Source: Candidatus Saganbacteria bacterium | Lineage (GTDB): Bacteria; Margulisbacteria; WOR-1; XYC2-FULL-46-14; XYC2-FULL-37-10 | Reading direction: 5' to 3' | Length of the DNA stretch: 64,000 nt | Assembly: GCA_016223245.1 (NCBI GenBank) | Contig: JACRPL010000006.1 | Coordinates: forward strand, 21,417 to 85,416 | In this document: one piece after another, positions 9,420-18,787 of the stretch | How the letters are laid out: each line of letters opens with the position of its first letter | Numbering within the stretch: position 1 is the first letter of the stretch | Notes under the pieces: model-generated | Seen by the model: only the letters and a program-made list of their open reading frames with translations | Databases searched by the model: none | Told to the model about the DNA's origin: nothing | Made by a program: the position numbers and the translations under genes

Positions 9420-10666
9420 CTATATAATGGGAACTCCAGGCATAGTTTCTTGACTTCTTCGCGGATCTCTTTTTTCTTGGTTTCGTTTTCTTTATTTTCG
9501 ATAGCGCGATCTATGAATTCGGCTATCTTTTTCATTTGAGGCTCTTTCATACCGCGAGTAGTTATGGCAGGCGTCCCAACCCTGATACCGGATGTTACAA
9601 ACGGTTTTTCGGGATCAAAAGGTATTGTATTTTTGTTTATAGTAATGCCCACTTCGTCCAAGACCTTTTCGGCTTCTTTTCCGGTAACCTTCTTTACCCT
9701 AAGGTCTACAAGCATTAGATGGTTATCGGTACCGCCTGACACAAGCCGGAAGCCGTTTGCCGTAAGCTCTGTTGCCAAAACTTTAGCATTTTTAACGATC
9801 TGTTCCTGGTATTTTTTAAATTCAGGAGTTGAAGCTTCTTTGAAGGCGACAGCTTTTGCCGCAATAATATGCATTAGAGGTCCGCCTTGGTTGCCGGGGA
9901 ATACAGCTTTGTCTATCTTTTGGGCGTAATCGGCTTTGCACATGATCATGCCGCCCCTTGGGCCCCGCAAAGTCTTATGGGTTGTCGTGGTTACAATTTC
10001 TGCAACAGGAACAGGCGATGGATGAAGACCCGCAACAACGAGTCCCGCAATGTGAGCTATATCAACCATCAATAATGCGCCGACTTCTTTTGCGATTTCA
10101 CTGAACTTTTTAAAATCGATTATTCTGGGATAAGCTGTTGCGCCTGTAACGATCATTTTGGGCTTATGTTCGTGCGCTAATTTTCTTAATTCATCGTAAT
10201 CGATGGTTTCTGTTTCTTTATTTACGCCATAGGGAACGAATTTAAAATATGTGCCGGAGATATTAACAGAGCTTCCATGAGTTAAATGGCCGCCGTGAGA
10301 AAGATTTAATCCTAATACAGTATCTCCATAGTTTAAGCAGGCAAAGTATGCTTCCATGTTGGCTTGGGATCCCGAATGAGGCTGGACATTGGCATGATCC
10401 GCCCCAAAAAGTTTTTTCGCTCTCTCTCTCGCCAAGTCTTCCGCAATATCGACATATTGGCATCCGCCGTAATATCGTTTGCCGGGATATCCTTCGGCAT
10501 ACTTGTTTGTCATGACAGACCCTGCGGCTTCCATAACTGCGCGGGAAGTGAAATTTTCGGATGCTATCAATTCGAGATGGGTTTGCTGGCGGTCAAATTC
10601 TAAATCAAAAGCTTTTGCAATCTCCGGGTCGAATTTGCGGATATTTTCCAGGTCGAAATGTTGCAT
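9416..10666 (-). CDS. glyA: Serine hydroxymethyltransferase.
   Basis: PLP-lysine region [14 protein letters not shown] and strong SHMT-wide similarity. The start was moved to the internal Met ([15 protein letters not shown]) to avoid overlap with the upstream small gene. Confidence 0.95.
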   Translation of the reverse strand: MQHFDLENIRKFDPEIAKAFDLEFDRQQTHLELIASENFTSRAVMEAAGSVMTNKYAEGYPGKRYYGGCQYVDIAEDLARERAKKLFGADHANVQPHSGSQANMEAYFACLNYGDTVLGLNLSHGGHLTHGSSVNISGTYFKFVPYGVNKETETIDYDELRKLAHEHKPKMIVTGATAYPRIIDFKKFSEIAKEVGALLMVDIAHIAGLVVAGLHPSPVPVAEIVTTTTHKTLRGPRGGMIMCKADYAQKIDKAVFPGNQGGPLMHIIAAKAVAFKEASTPEFKKYQEQIVKNAKVLATELTANGFRLVSGGTDNHLMLVDLRVKKVTGKEAEKVLDEVGITINKNTIPFDPEKPFVTSGIRVGTPAITTRGMKEPQMKKIAEFIDRAIENKENETKKKEIREEVKKLCLEFPLYR

Positions 10667-10679
10667 TGTTATTTCCTTA

Positions 10680-10895
10680 TTATTTACTCGATAAGACAAA
10701 TTCAACTGGAATTTTGCTTATTTTCCCGCCGATGGGGAGATAGTTTAATATTTCAAAACCTAACAAATTCCCTTTTTTATCTTTTTTAAGTATGATCTCC
10801 TTGCCGGTTTCTTCATTTATGGTTTTTTGCGGTTTTTTTAGCCAGATATCCAACGTATTTCCGACTTCATCATACATAATTCTTATTTTTTCCAT
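10680..10895 (-). CDS. DUF2283-family small protein, putative antitoxin partner.
   Basis: 71 aa. [15 protein letters not shown]...[24 protein letters not shown] matches the DUF2283 pattern (YD.E.D.L.I.L ... G.IVG.EIL). It overlaps the upstream gene by 13 nt. Confidence 0.55.
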   Translation of the reverse strand: MEKIRIMYDEVGNTLDIWLKKPQKTINEETGKEIILKKDKKGNLLGFEILNYLPIGGKISKIPVEFVLSSK

Positions 10896-11197
10896 ACTAT
10901 TTCACCCTCTTTGATATTTTTTGTCAAATAAGCCGTAATAATAAATCCTTCGCCATTCAAATGCTTTACTACAACGCAATAATAATAATTCCCTGATTTT
11001 TTGTAATATAAATAAACCGATCTATCTTTTAAGCTCCTCCTGATTTCAACGGGATGTTTTATCGATTCAATAACCTCTTTTTCTTTCCCGTCTATTTCCG
11101 GATGTTTTATTTTTGTTATTAGATTCCAGTGTTGTGAATTTGTTCTTATCAAACAGCCAAGCGCCGAATTAATTTCGAATTTAATTTTTTCCCACAT
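10883..11197 (-). CDS. DUF4258-like small protein, putative toxin partner of DUF2283.
   Basis: 104 aa, Lys/Glu-rich, C-terminal ...GEGFIITAYLTKN resembling the DUF4258 tail. Its genomic pairing with a DUF2283 gene is the main evidence. Confidence 0.45.
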   Translation of the reverse strand: MWEKIKFEINSALGCLIRTNSQHWNLITKIKHPEIDGKEKEVIESIKHPVEIRRSLKDRSVYLYYKKSGNYYYCVVVKHLNGEGFIITAYLTKNIKEGEIVWKK

Positions 11198-11232
11198 TAT
11201 CGTGATTTATTCTAACATAAAATAATTTGTGC

Positions 11233-11270
11233 GTCAAAAAAACAAAGCTCCGATGTTGCGTCGGAGCCTT
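11233..11270 (-). terminator. Rho-independent terminator downstream of the lipoprotein gene.
   Basis: Minus-strand sequence GGCTCCGA-CGCAACA-TCGGAGCT forms a 7-8-bp GC-rich stem, followed by TTTGTTTTTTT. Confidence 0.5.
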
Positions 11271-11298
11271 ACATGACAAGAACAATGCTTATCTGCGG

Positions 11299-12399
11299 CT
11301 ATAAGGTTATAATGAAATACTGCAGCATTTTTTCCATATCGGCAGTTACAAGGCTTTCTTGCGCCTCATTATGGAACGTGGTATAGACAACTGTGCCTTT
11401 AGAAGCGCCTGCTGGCTTGAATTGAACTGCAAGCGGCTTGTCTGACACCGTTCCTGATGCAGAAATTCCGGATGCAATTCTTACTGACTCACTTAAAACG
11501 TTGGCAGAAGAACCGGAAATTGTCGGACTTCCACGAAGAAGCACGGCAGTATCCGTCCCTTCTCCTGAAATAACAACCCAGCCGCCTAAATCATAATAAA
11601 TGCTTATCGTAGATTTGCCTAAAACATTATTTATTAAGTTCGAATCAATAACAGTAGCTTCAACTGTTTTTGATCCCGTGCCGACTTTGGCCGCAGAAAT
11701 AGATTCAGCGGTCGCCGTAGCAGTAGAATCGCTGCCATAAAAGTCGATCGCACTTGGCCATAAGGGTTCTACGAAAGCAGCTGCCCAGTCAGAAGCATAA
11801 AGGGATTTTCCTGCGACCTCCACGAAGTTTTTTAAGTTAGTTTCAGCAGTCGAAGTAAAATTGGAAGTGGAAGCCCCGCAATTAATGAAAATTGCCTCAA
11901 AAGTGCTTATGAAGGCATAATTTGCCAAATCCGAAACTTCTATGGTTGTATAAGTAAAACCTAATTTTGTAATTATATTTTCAATTGTATCATAAGATCC
12001 TTTTATTACGGCAATATCTTTTGGAGCAGTTAAATTGGCTGGAGTAAAAGTGGTTTCAGAAGTAGCAACATTTACCGTTGTGCCGGATTCGAGAGTGACG
12101 GTGAAATCGATTTTCCAAGATCCTGATTCGACCGTCACTATTTTTGTGACAGAGGCTGAAGTTACAGGGACATTTAATGTGTAAGAGCCATCAGATTTTG
12201 TAAAAGTTTCAATAATAGATCCTGTTGTCCAAACTTTGACCCCTCCAAGAGGAGTAGTCCCGTTCGCAGCATAAACGATCCCTTTTACAACGCAGGTTGC
12301 TGTTGTTTCATTAACCTTGGCACATCCCACCGTTAACACAGAAATCCCAAATCCAAAAACCAAGATCCAAATCAAAATCCCAAATCTAAATCTTTTCAT
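11299..12399 (-). CDS. Ser/Thr-rich surface lipoprotein with an N-terminal carboxypeptidase-regulatory-like domain.
   Basis: The start was moved to MKRFRFGILIWILVFGFGISVLTVGC (lipobox LTVGC), which has an AAGGAG RBS 7 nt upstream. CVVKGIVYAANGTTPLGGVKVWTTG...SDGSYTL is CarbPepD_reg-like. Confidence 0.6.
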   Translation of the reverse strand: MKRFRFGILIWILVFGFGISVLTVGCAKVNETTATCVVKGIVYAANGTTPLGGVKVWTTGSIIETFTKSDGSYTLNVPVTSASVTKIVTVESGSWKIDFTVTLESGTTVNVATSETTFTPANLTAPKDIAVIKGSYDTIENIITKLGFTYTTIEVSDLANYAFISTFEAIFINCGASTSNFTSTAETNLKNFVEVAGKSLYASDWAAAFVEPLWPSAIDFYGSDSTATATAESISAAKVGTGSKTVEATVIDSNLINNVLGKSTISIYYDLGGWVVISGEGTDTAVLLRGSPTISGSSANVLSESVRIASGISASGTVSDKPLAVQFKPAGASKGTVVYTTFHNEAQESLVTADMEKMLQYFIITL

Positions 12400-12409
12400 G
12401 TTCTTCTCC

Positions 12410-13057
12410 TTATAAATAATATCTGTAGCCAGCGTCAACCCGAAGCCCTAACCCAGTATTATAGCCTAATCCAACTTGAACAGGCCCCATCTTTGTACCG
12501 CCTACGATGCCAAATCCTATTCCGCTCTTGATAACTCCAGAAAGCCCGGGGACGTTTGTCACATCTTTTGAATAACCAGCGTAAGCAAGCTCAAGTCCGA
12601 CATTGAAATTGCCTATTGGGTAAAGTACTTTTGCGCCGGCATCAATTATGCCGAAACCGCTGCCCATAGCATAACCGATTTCGCCGCCAAGAAAAACAGG
12701 TCCCATCGGCATTAGATAATCTGCCGCAAAAAGCGCCGCTCCTCCTGCTAATCCACCCTTTAGGGTTAAAGATCTTGCGGATTTTTCAACTATTTGCACT
12801 TTTGTGATCTCAAGCTTTAATTGCGAATCGGCAGGAAGTTCCTTCTTTAACTCTTCGATCTTGGCTTGATGCCCCTTAATTGTTTTATTCATGCGTGCGA
12901 TCTGCGTCTTGTTTTTTGTATTCGATAATTTTGATTGGAGCGCGGTGATCTCGCTTTGGAGCTTATCTATCTTTTCTTGAGCAGTCGCGGCGAAAGCCTG
13001 TACAGATAAGAAGCAAATGAACCCGGATAAAACGATCAAAGTAATTGTTTTTTTCAT
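12410..13057 (-). CDS. Outer-membrane protein: signal peptide, coiled-coil and a Gly-rich small beta-barrel-like C-terminus.
   Basis: Signal peptide MKKTITLIVLSGFICFLSVQAFA. Heptad coiled coil at residues 25-90. Gly/aromatic alternating C-terminal half ending ...RVDAGYRYYL. Forms an operon with the downstream lipoprotein. Confidence 0.55.
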   Translation of the reverse strand: MKKTITLIVLSGFICFLSVQAFAATAQEKIDKLQSEITALQSKLSNTKNKTQIARMNKTIKGHQAKIEELKKELPADSQLKLEITKVQIVEKSARSLTLKGGLAGGAALFAADYLMPMGPVFLGGEIGYAMGSGFGIIDAGAKVLYPIGNFNVGLELAYAGYSKDVTNVPGLSGVIKSGIGFGIVGGTKMGPVQVGLGYNTGLGLRVDAGYRYYL

Positions 13058-13138
13058 TAGATAACCACCTCTATTCGTTACAGCTTATAGATATTTTTTT
13101 TACTTGTCAAGCCGGAGTTTCAAAGTTATAATGCCTCC

Positions 13139-13450
13139 ATGCCAAAAAAAGAAAAAAACGAAAATGATATCGAAAATGAGATGGAAGAAGTATTTTCTGA
13201 AGCCTCCGAATCGTGCCAAGCCTGCGGCGGCGTGCTAAAGGCCGAAAAAGTCAACCTTGAGGAGTTTGAAAATGGCAAGCTTTATTTAATGGAAAACGTT
13301 TCCGCATACATTTGCGAAGGATGCGGAGAGATGTGGGTGCCGGAACCGACCCTTATTGAGTTTGAAAAGATGATGGATACGGCAAAAGAATATCAAGACG
13401 GAAAGGCTCCTCTCAAAAAAGCTACCCACAGGGTCAAGCGGCGCAAATAA
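13139..13450 (+). CDS. YgiT-type (MqsA-like) zinc-ribbon protein, standalone.
   Basis: CQACGG...(28 aa)...ICEGCGEMW matches the YgiT finger CxxC...CxxCGE. Acidic N-terminus and basic C-terminus. No HTH domain. Confidence 0.6.
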   Translation: MPKKEKNENDIENEMEEVFSEASESCQACGGVLKAEKVNLEEFENGKLYLMENVSAYICEGCGEMWVPEPTLIEFEKMMDTAKEYQDGKAPLKKATHRVKRRK

Positions 13451-13460
13451 TCGTTAGCTA

Positions 13461-15281
13461 TTAATTAACAGTAAATGGCACTACATCCGTAATGATCTTG
13501 CCGGCTGTTGATTTTTCAGATGAAGCTGTTGCGCTTGTGATCAATTGTTCAACCACGTATGATGTATTGTTGGTCATGTCGTATACGTCAAAATACAGCA
13601 AACTCGACAACGGGTTAAAGTTAAAGCTGTAGATTATTACGCTTGATTTGCTCGATGTCATATCTACCGGGCTAGTTGAAACGCTTGTAAGGTCGTTGCG
13701 AAGTATCTTGCTTTCTCCGCCGTTGTTCGCTAGATAGATCAAATAATCCCCGTAAGCGCGGGCCTTATTGATCGTCCTGTATTTTGAGTGCCTGGAAAAT
13801 GCTTCGATGCTCGGCTCTCCGCTTGAGTTCACTATCCTGTAAATCCTGTCGCCCTTGACGGCCGATGTCCCCGAAGACCAGCTGTCCAATTTTAATATGG
13901 CGTATAATGATCCATTGTCAGCGAGGACCAATTGTTTTGCCCAGCCGAAATTGACCCCCTGAAGGCCGTTGGCTATTTTCCATTCGTTTTTTGTTGTGCC
14001 TGCCAAGTGCGCATTTACTTCAACGCTTATTTTATCGGCAATATTTGAAACCCAAGCGCCATGGACGGATTCGCCGGTACCGGTAATGTTCATCGCTTCA
14101 AATGTTAAACCGCCTAAGGTATCGGTGGTCGTTGAAAAATATTTTTCCCTGATGAAATTGCGTACAGTTTCTTCCGAAACTCCGCTTTCAAGGGACAGAG
14201 GAAGGGATGTGCCTCCCCAGCTATCCTGTTTGAAAAATCTTTTTTGCTCGGTCCCATCCCAGTAGCCATAAAGTATTTGGTTTGATATTGTCCTTGAATC
14301 GTCCCATGCGTTCGAATCATCATATAACGACTTGACCGACGTGATCTTCCCCGTCGTATCAAGCTTGACTTGTATGATGCCGGAATATTTCAAGAAATTG
14401 TCATTTTGGTCTTTTATCTGTAGATTTGTGCCGACCAATATAATGCTGTTATTGCTTGGCACATAATAGTATGACCTAAGCCATCCGGTGTAGCCGTCGT
14501 TATAGAAAATACTTTTGACCGAATTGTTGTAGATCAGGCGCAGCCATTCGATGCTCCAATTCCCGGCATCGGACCCGTGAAAAAGAACGAACCCGTTCGG
14601 GCAAACATAAAAATCCCTGACAGCCATCTGGCTGTTCCCGATCTGCGAAAGTACTCCTGCCGGCGTCTTTTTCTTGAGGACTGTTGTCCCGCCGCCCGAA
14701 CCCTGCGCGGTGCCGAGATAATAAAGGTTCCCGTCATTATCCCATTGTACTTGTTTTACAGGAAGATCACCATTGTTTGAATCCCCGTACCATGTGCCAA
14801 CGCCATTAAGGGTATCATCGACTGATTCAGTCGTGCCGGTTGGATATATCCTAAAGAAAGCTATTTGCCTTCCGCGGGATTCTGATGTTGAAGAGTCTTG
14901 GATCCAAACGCCCCATTGGAAACCGACGTAAAGCGAACCATCCGGGCTTTTTTCAATTACGGAAATTGGAGGGCGGGAACCAGACGGCAGATTCAATATT
15001 GATGAAAACTCTCCCGAAGCGGTTAATTTCAAAAGGTCAGTTACGTTGGCGACCAGCGCTTTAACGTCTTTTGCCAGGGCTAAACCGCTCGTTCCAGTTG
15101 ATGCGGCAGAAACAATCGCTTTAGCTCCTGAAACATCAAAAAGATTTGATACTTTAACGGAAGAAGATTGATCCCCTCCGCCGTATGAACCTTTTTGTTC
15201 GCCACAGCCAGCCACTAGCGTGGCAATGACCAATGACCAAATCCCAATGACCAACAAAGAATAGTAATAATTTTTTTTCAT
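13461..15281 (-). CDS. Large lipoprotein, 606 aa, Ser/Gly/Tyr/Trp-rich and probably beta-rich.
   Basis: MKKNYYYSLLVIGIWSLVIATLVAGCG with lipobox LVAGC. A GGAGG RBS lies upstream. The 5' end shares the AATGACC-repeat cassette with the lptD-like gene. Confidence 0.6.
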   Translation of the reverse strand: MKKNYYYSLLVIGIWSLVIATLVAGCGEQKGSYGGGDQSSSVKVSNLFDVSGAKAIVSAASTGTSGLALAKDVKALVANVTDLLKLTASGEFSSILNLPSGSRPPISVIEKSPDGSLYVGFQWGVWIQDSSTSESRGRQIAFFRIYPTGTTESVDDTLNGVGTWYGDSNNGDLPVKQVQWDNDGNLYYLGTAQGSGGGTTVLKKKTPAGVLSQIGNSQMAVRDFYVCPNGFVLFHGSDAGNWSIEWLRLIYNNSVKSIFYNDGYTGWLRSYYYVPSNNSIILVGTNLQIKDQNDNFLKYSGIIQVKLDTTGKITSVKSLYDDSNAWDDSRTISNQILYGYWDGTEQKRFFKQDSWGGTSLPLSLESGVSEETVRNFIREKYFSTTTDTLGGLTFEAMNITGTGESVHGAWVSNIADKISVEVNAHLAGTTKNEWKIANGLQGVNFGWAKQLVLADNGSLYAILKLDSWSSGTSAVKGDRIYRIVNSSGEPSIEAFSRHSKYRTINKARAYGDYLIYLANNGGESKILRNDLTSVSTSPVDMTSSKSSVIIYSFNFNPLSSLLYFDVYDMTNNTSYVVEQLITSATASSEKSTAGKIITDVVPFTVN

Positions 15282-15361
15282 ATTCTTACCTCCGTTAATA
15301 CATCCGATGGAATAATACTCATAGAATAATACTCATAGTATGTGAAATTGTCAAGGAAGAT

Positions 15362-15390
15362 TTGACTTTTTTTTGCGCGCTTGATAAAAT
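15362..15390 (+). promoter_or_regulatory. Sigma70-like promoter upstream of the htrA remnant.
   Basis: TTGACT, a 17-nt spacer, then TAAAAT. A GAAGGGAGAGG RBS follows before the TTG start at 15436. Confidence 0.3.
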
Positions 15391-15435
15391 AACCAACAAT
15401 TTACAAAAACATCAAGAAGGGAGAGGTGTATATTA

Positions 15436-16056
15436 TTGAAAATCAAAATTAAATTGTTATGCCTTTATTGCTTCATAATGCTAGTCCAAGCCCTTTCGCT
15501 TAATGTGGCGGCCGCTCCCGCAATCCTCGAGGAAAAAGTTCCGGGGCAGAACGGCTGCAATACTATTGCCGATGTCGTTGAAAAAGTTGGCAATGCCGTT
15601 GTAAATATTGACGTCGTTAAAATGCAAAAGACCAGGTTCATCAACCCCTTTTCTGGTTTTGTAAAAGATTTTGGCTTCGGGTTTGATTTCGATCCGCGCT
15701 TCAAGAATTTTTTTGAAGACAAGATCATACCCCAAAAAGGAGAAGTCATCGGCGTTAATGTTGCGATCGTCGCGCAAGCGCAAGGTATAGGCTTTGCTAT
15801 TCCAATTAATTCCGCAAAAGAGGTACTGCAAGACCTTAGGATTCGCCCGCTGCCCAAATGGGGTTTAAACAATACGATGTCATAAAACAAGTGAATGGGG
15901 AAAAGGTCAAAACTTCAGATGAGGTACAAAAGATCGTTTCACAGTTAAAGCCAAACAGTGAAAGAAATAAGTATGGTAATATACAGGGACGGAAAAAATT
16001 ATTCAATTAAGGGGAAATTAGGCGAAAGGCCCGAACAAGTCGACGAAAAGGAGTAA
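15436..16056 (+). pseudogene. Degraded HtrA/DegP-family serine protease remnant: internal deletion of the catalytic core plus frameshifts in the PDZ domain.
   Basis: Frame 1 carries the signal peptide, the protease-domain start ([14 protein letters not shown]) and, joined directly to it, the protease-domain end ([33 protein letters not shown]). The His/Asp/GDSGGP catalytic region is absent. The PDZ segments [27 protein letters not shown] and VIYRDGK...GKLGERPEQ continue in two other frames (15858-16010 and 15973-16056). Confidence 0.55.
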
Positions 16057-16061
16057 ACAAT

Positions 16062-17201
16062 ATGGCAGAATTCAGGCGCGCATACGGATTTGACGAGATA
16101 TCGCTTGCCCCGTCAATTATAACGATCAACCCGGATGATACGGATGTTTCGGTTGAGATCGGCAAAAAGAAGTTCCAGATCCCGATCATCGCTTCCGCGA
16201 TGGACGGAGTTATGAGCCCCAAAACTGCCGTCCTAATGAGCAAGCTTGGAGGATTGGGCGTTCTTAATCTCCAAGGCGTTTGGACGCGCTACGAAAACGC
16301 CGAAAAAGTATTGGAACAAATAGCTTCCGTCAGCCGCGAGGAATATGTCCCGCTAATGCAAAAACTTTATCTTGAACCGGTCAAAAAAGACCTTATCGGA
16401 AAAAGAATTAAGGAGATAAAAGCCGCCGGCGGGATCGCTGCGGTATCATCTATCCCGCAAGATGCCATCGAATTTGGTACTATCGCACGCGATGCAGGCG
16501 TTGATATTTTTGTCGTCCAATCGACCGTCCTTTCGACAAAACACAAATCAAAGACATCCGAGCCTTTGGACCTAAAAAAATTCTGCCATGAGATGAAAGT
16601 GCCGGTGATCGTCGGAAATTGTGTTACATACGAAGTAGCATTAACGCTTATGGGTACAGGTGTTGCGGCAGTTTTAGTCGGGATCGGGCCCGGCGCCGCC
16701 TGCACCTCGCGCGGGGTTTTAGGCGTCGGAGTGCCGATGGCCACGGCTATTGCCGATTGCGCCGCGGCGCGCGACGCTTACTATAAAGAGAACAATATTT
16801 ATATTCCAATCATCGCAGATGGCGGTATGGCAGTGTCGGGCGATATGTGCAAGGCTATAGCTTGCGGTGCGGATGCCGTTATGATCGGGTCACCGATCGC
16901 AAAAGCTTCCGAAGCTCCTGGCTGCGGATTCCATTGGGGCATGGCGACGCCGTCGCCTACACTTCCTCGAGGATCAAGGATAAAAGTCGGAACGATCGGT
17001 TCATTAAAAGAGATATTGCACGGCCCTGCAAAATTCGATGACGGATCGATGAATTTTATTGGAGCCCTTCGGACATCTATGGGAACATTGGGCGCAGTAA
17101 ACATCCGCGAGATGCAGCAAGTTGAGGTTGTGATCGCTCCTTCGATCTTAACCGAAGGAAAAGTTTACCAAAAAGCTCAGTCTCTTGGCATGTACAAATG
17201 A
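16062..17201 (+). CDS. IMP dehydrogenase family protein lacking the CBS subdomain.
   Basis: TIM-barrel IMPDH/GMPR motifs include the catalytic Cys loop VGIGPGAACTSR. At 379 aa there is no room for the CBS pair. AAGGAG RBS. Overlaps guaA by 4 nt. Confidence 0.8.
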   Translation: MAEFRRAYGFDEISLAPSIITINPDDTDVSVEIGKKKFQIPIIASAMDGVMSPKTAVLMSKLGGLGVLNLQGVWTRYENAEKVLEQIASVSREEYVPLMQKLYLEPVKKDLIGKRIKEIKAAGGIAAVSSIPQDAIEFGTIARDAGVDIFVVQSTVLSTKHKSKTSEPLDLKKFCHEMKVPVIVGNCVTYEVALTLMGTGVAAVLVGIGPGAACTSRGVLGVGVPMATAIADCAAARDAYYKENNIYIPIIADGGMAVSGDMCKAIACGADAVMIGSPIAKASEAPGCGFHWGMATPSPTLPRGSRIKVGTIGSLKEILHGPAKFDDGSMNFIGALRTSMGTLGAVNIREMQQVEVVIAPSILTEGKVYQKAQSLGMYK

Positions 17202-18748
17202 GTAAACACGATCTGATCGTTGTCCTCGATTTCGGCGCGCAATACTCGATGCTCATAGCCCGCCGCGTCCGCGAATGCAATGTATACTGCGAAATTCTCC
17301 CTTACAACACAACAGTTGAAGAGCTAAAAAAACGAAATGTTAAGGGTATTATCCTTTCCGGCGGCCCATCTTCCGTTTACGAGAAAAACGCCCCCCATCC
17401 TGATCCAAACATTTTCAAAAGCGGCATACCGATCTTAGGTATATGTTATGGCGTACAGCTAATCGGAAAAGCTTTTGGCGGTGAAGTAAAAGAAGGATCG
17501 ATCAAAGAATACGGGAAAACACAATTAACGATCAATGATGAAGTAAATCTTTTTGCGGGGCTTCCGAACGAGATACAAACTTGGATGAGCCATGGCGATT
17601 CGGTTGTAAAGTTGCCTGATGGTTTTGTAGGCTTAGGACATACGGAGCACACTCAAAATGCGGCGATCGGCGACCATACAAGAAAAATATACGGCGTCCA
17701 ATTCCATCCTGAAGTTGTCCATACGCCGCAAGGCTTCGAAATAATAAAAAATTTCGTATATATTGTATCCGATTGCAAACCGACATGGACTACCGCTAAT
17801 TTCATTGACCAATCCGTAAAAGAGATACAGGCGACACTTGGTAAAGAAAGAATTTTATGCGCGCTGTCGGGCGGCGTTGATTCAACAACGGTTGCGGCTC
17901 TTGTCCACAAAGCCGTTGGCGAACAATTGACTTGCATGTTCATCGATCAAGGGTTTATGCGAAAGAACGAAGCCAAAAAGATCGAAGAGTTATTTACCTC
18001 AAAATTTAAGATCCATTTCATCCACATTAATGCATCAGAACGATTCTATGAGAAATTAAAAGGGATTTCGGACCCAGAAGAAAAACGCCATCGAATTGGC
18101 AACGAATTCATTCGTGTATTCGAAGAAGAAGCAAAAAAACTTGGACATCTACCATATTTGGCGCAAGGAACGCTTTACCCTGATGTTATTGAATCAGCGG
18201 TACCCGGACTTTCTGCTACGACCGCAGTTCGAATTAAAACGCATCATAATGTCGGCGGATTGCCAAAAGATATCAAATTTAAACTAATAGAGCCATTAAA
18301 GAAGCTATTTAAAGATGAAGTTAGAGCGCTTGGCCGCGATCTTGGAGTTCCGGATGAAATAATATCCCGCCAGCCATTCCCTGGCCCTGGCCTTGCGATA
18401 AGGATTATTGGCGAGGTTACAAAAGAAAGAGTTAAGATATTGCAAGATGTTGACGATATAGTCGTTTCTGAGATCAAAGCCGCCGGATATTATAAAAAAG
18501 TTTGGCAATCTTTTGGCGTTTTGCTTCCTATTAGAACAGTTGGGGTTATGGGTGATAAGCGTACTTATTTGAACACAGTTGCTATCCGATCGGTCACATC
18601 TACCGATGCAATGACGGCCGATTGGTCAAAATTGCCATATGAACTTCTTGAAAAGATGTCTAGCAGGATCATTAATGAATGCCCTGAAATTAACCGCGTA
18701 GTTTACGATATTTCCTCAAAACCGCCTTCGACTATCGAGTGGGAATAG
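17198..18748 (+). CDS. guaA: GMP synthase (glutamine-hydrolysing).
   Basis: Class I GATase with the catalytic Cys in GICYGVQ, followed by an ATP pyrophosphatase domain carrying the PP-loop SGGVDS. 516 aa. Confidence 0.95.
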   Translation: MSKHDLIVVLDFGAQYSMLIARRVRECNVYCEILPYNTTVEELKKRNVKGIILSGGPSSVYEKNAPHPDPNIFKSGIPILGICYGVQLIGKAFGGEVKEGSIKEYGKTQLTINDEVNLFAGLPNEIQTWMSHGDSVVKLPDGFVGLGHTEHTQNAAIGDHTRKIYGVQFHPEVVHTPQGFEIIKNFVYIVSDCKPTWTTANFIDQSVKEIQATLGKERILCALSGGVDSTTVAALVHKAVGEQLTCMFIDQGFMRKNEAKKIEELFTSKFKIHFIHINASERFYEKLKGISDPEEKRHRIGNEFIRVFEEEAKKLGHLPYLAQGTLYPDVIESAVPGLSATTAVRIKTHHNVGGLPKDIKFKLIEPLKKLFKDEVRALGRDLGVPDEIISRQPFPGPGLAIRIIGEVTKERVKILQDVDDIVVSEIKAAGYYKKVWQSFGVLLPIRTVGVMGDKRTYLNTVAIRSVTSTDAMTADWSKLPYELLEKMSSRIINECPEINRVVYDISSKPPSTIEWE

Positions 18749-18787
18749 ACTGCAAGTTTTTGCCTAAATAGCTCGATAGTTATTTAG

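Noticed and set aside
15465-15890. Minus-strand ORFs 15465..15890 and 15481..15831.
   Set aside because: They are antisense to the htrA remnant, whose recognisable protease and PDZ motifs are on the plus strand. They show no motifs and compositional mirror bias.
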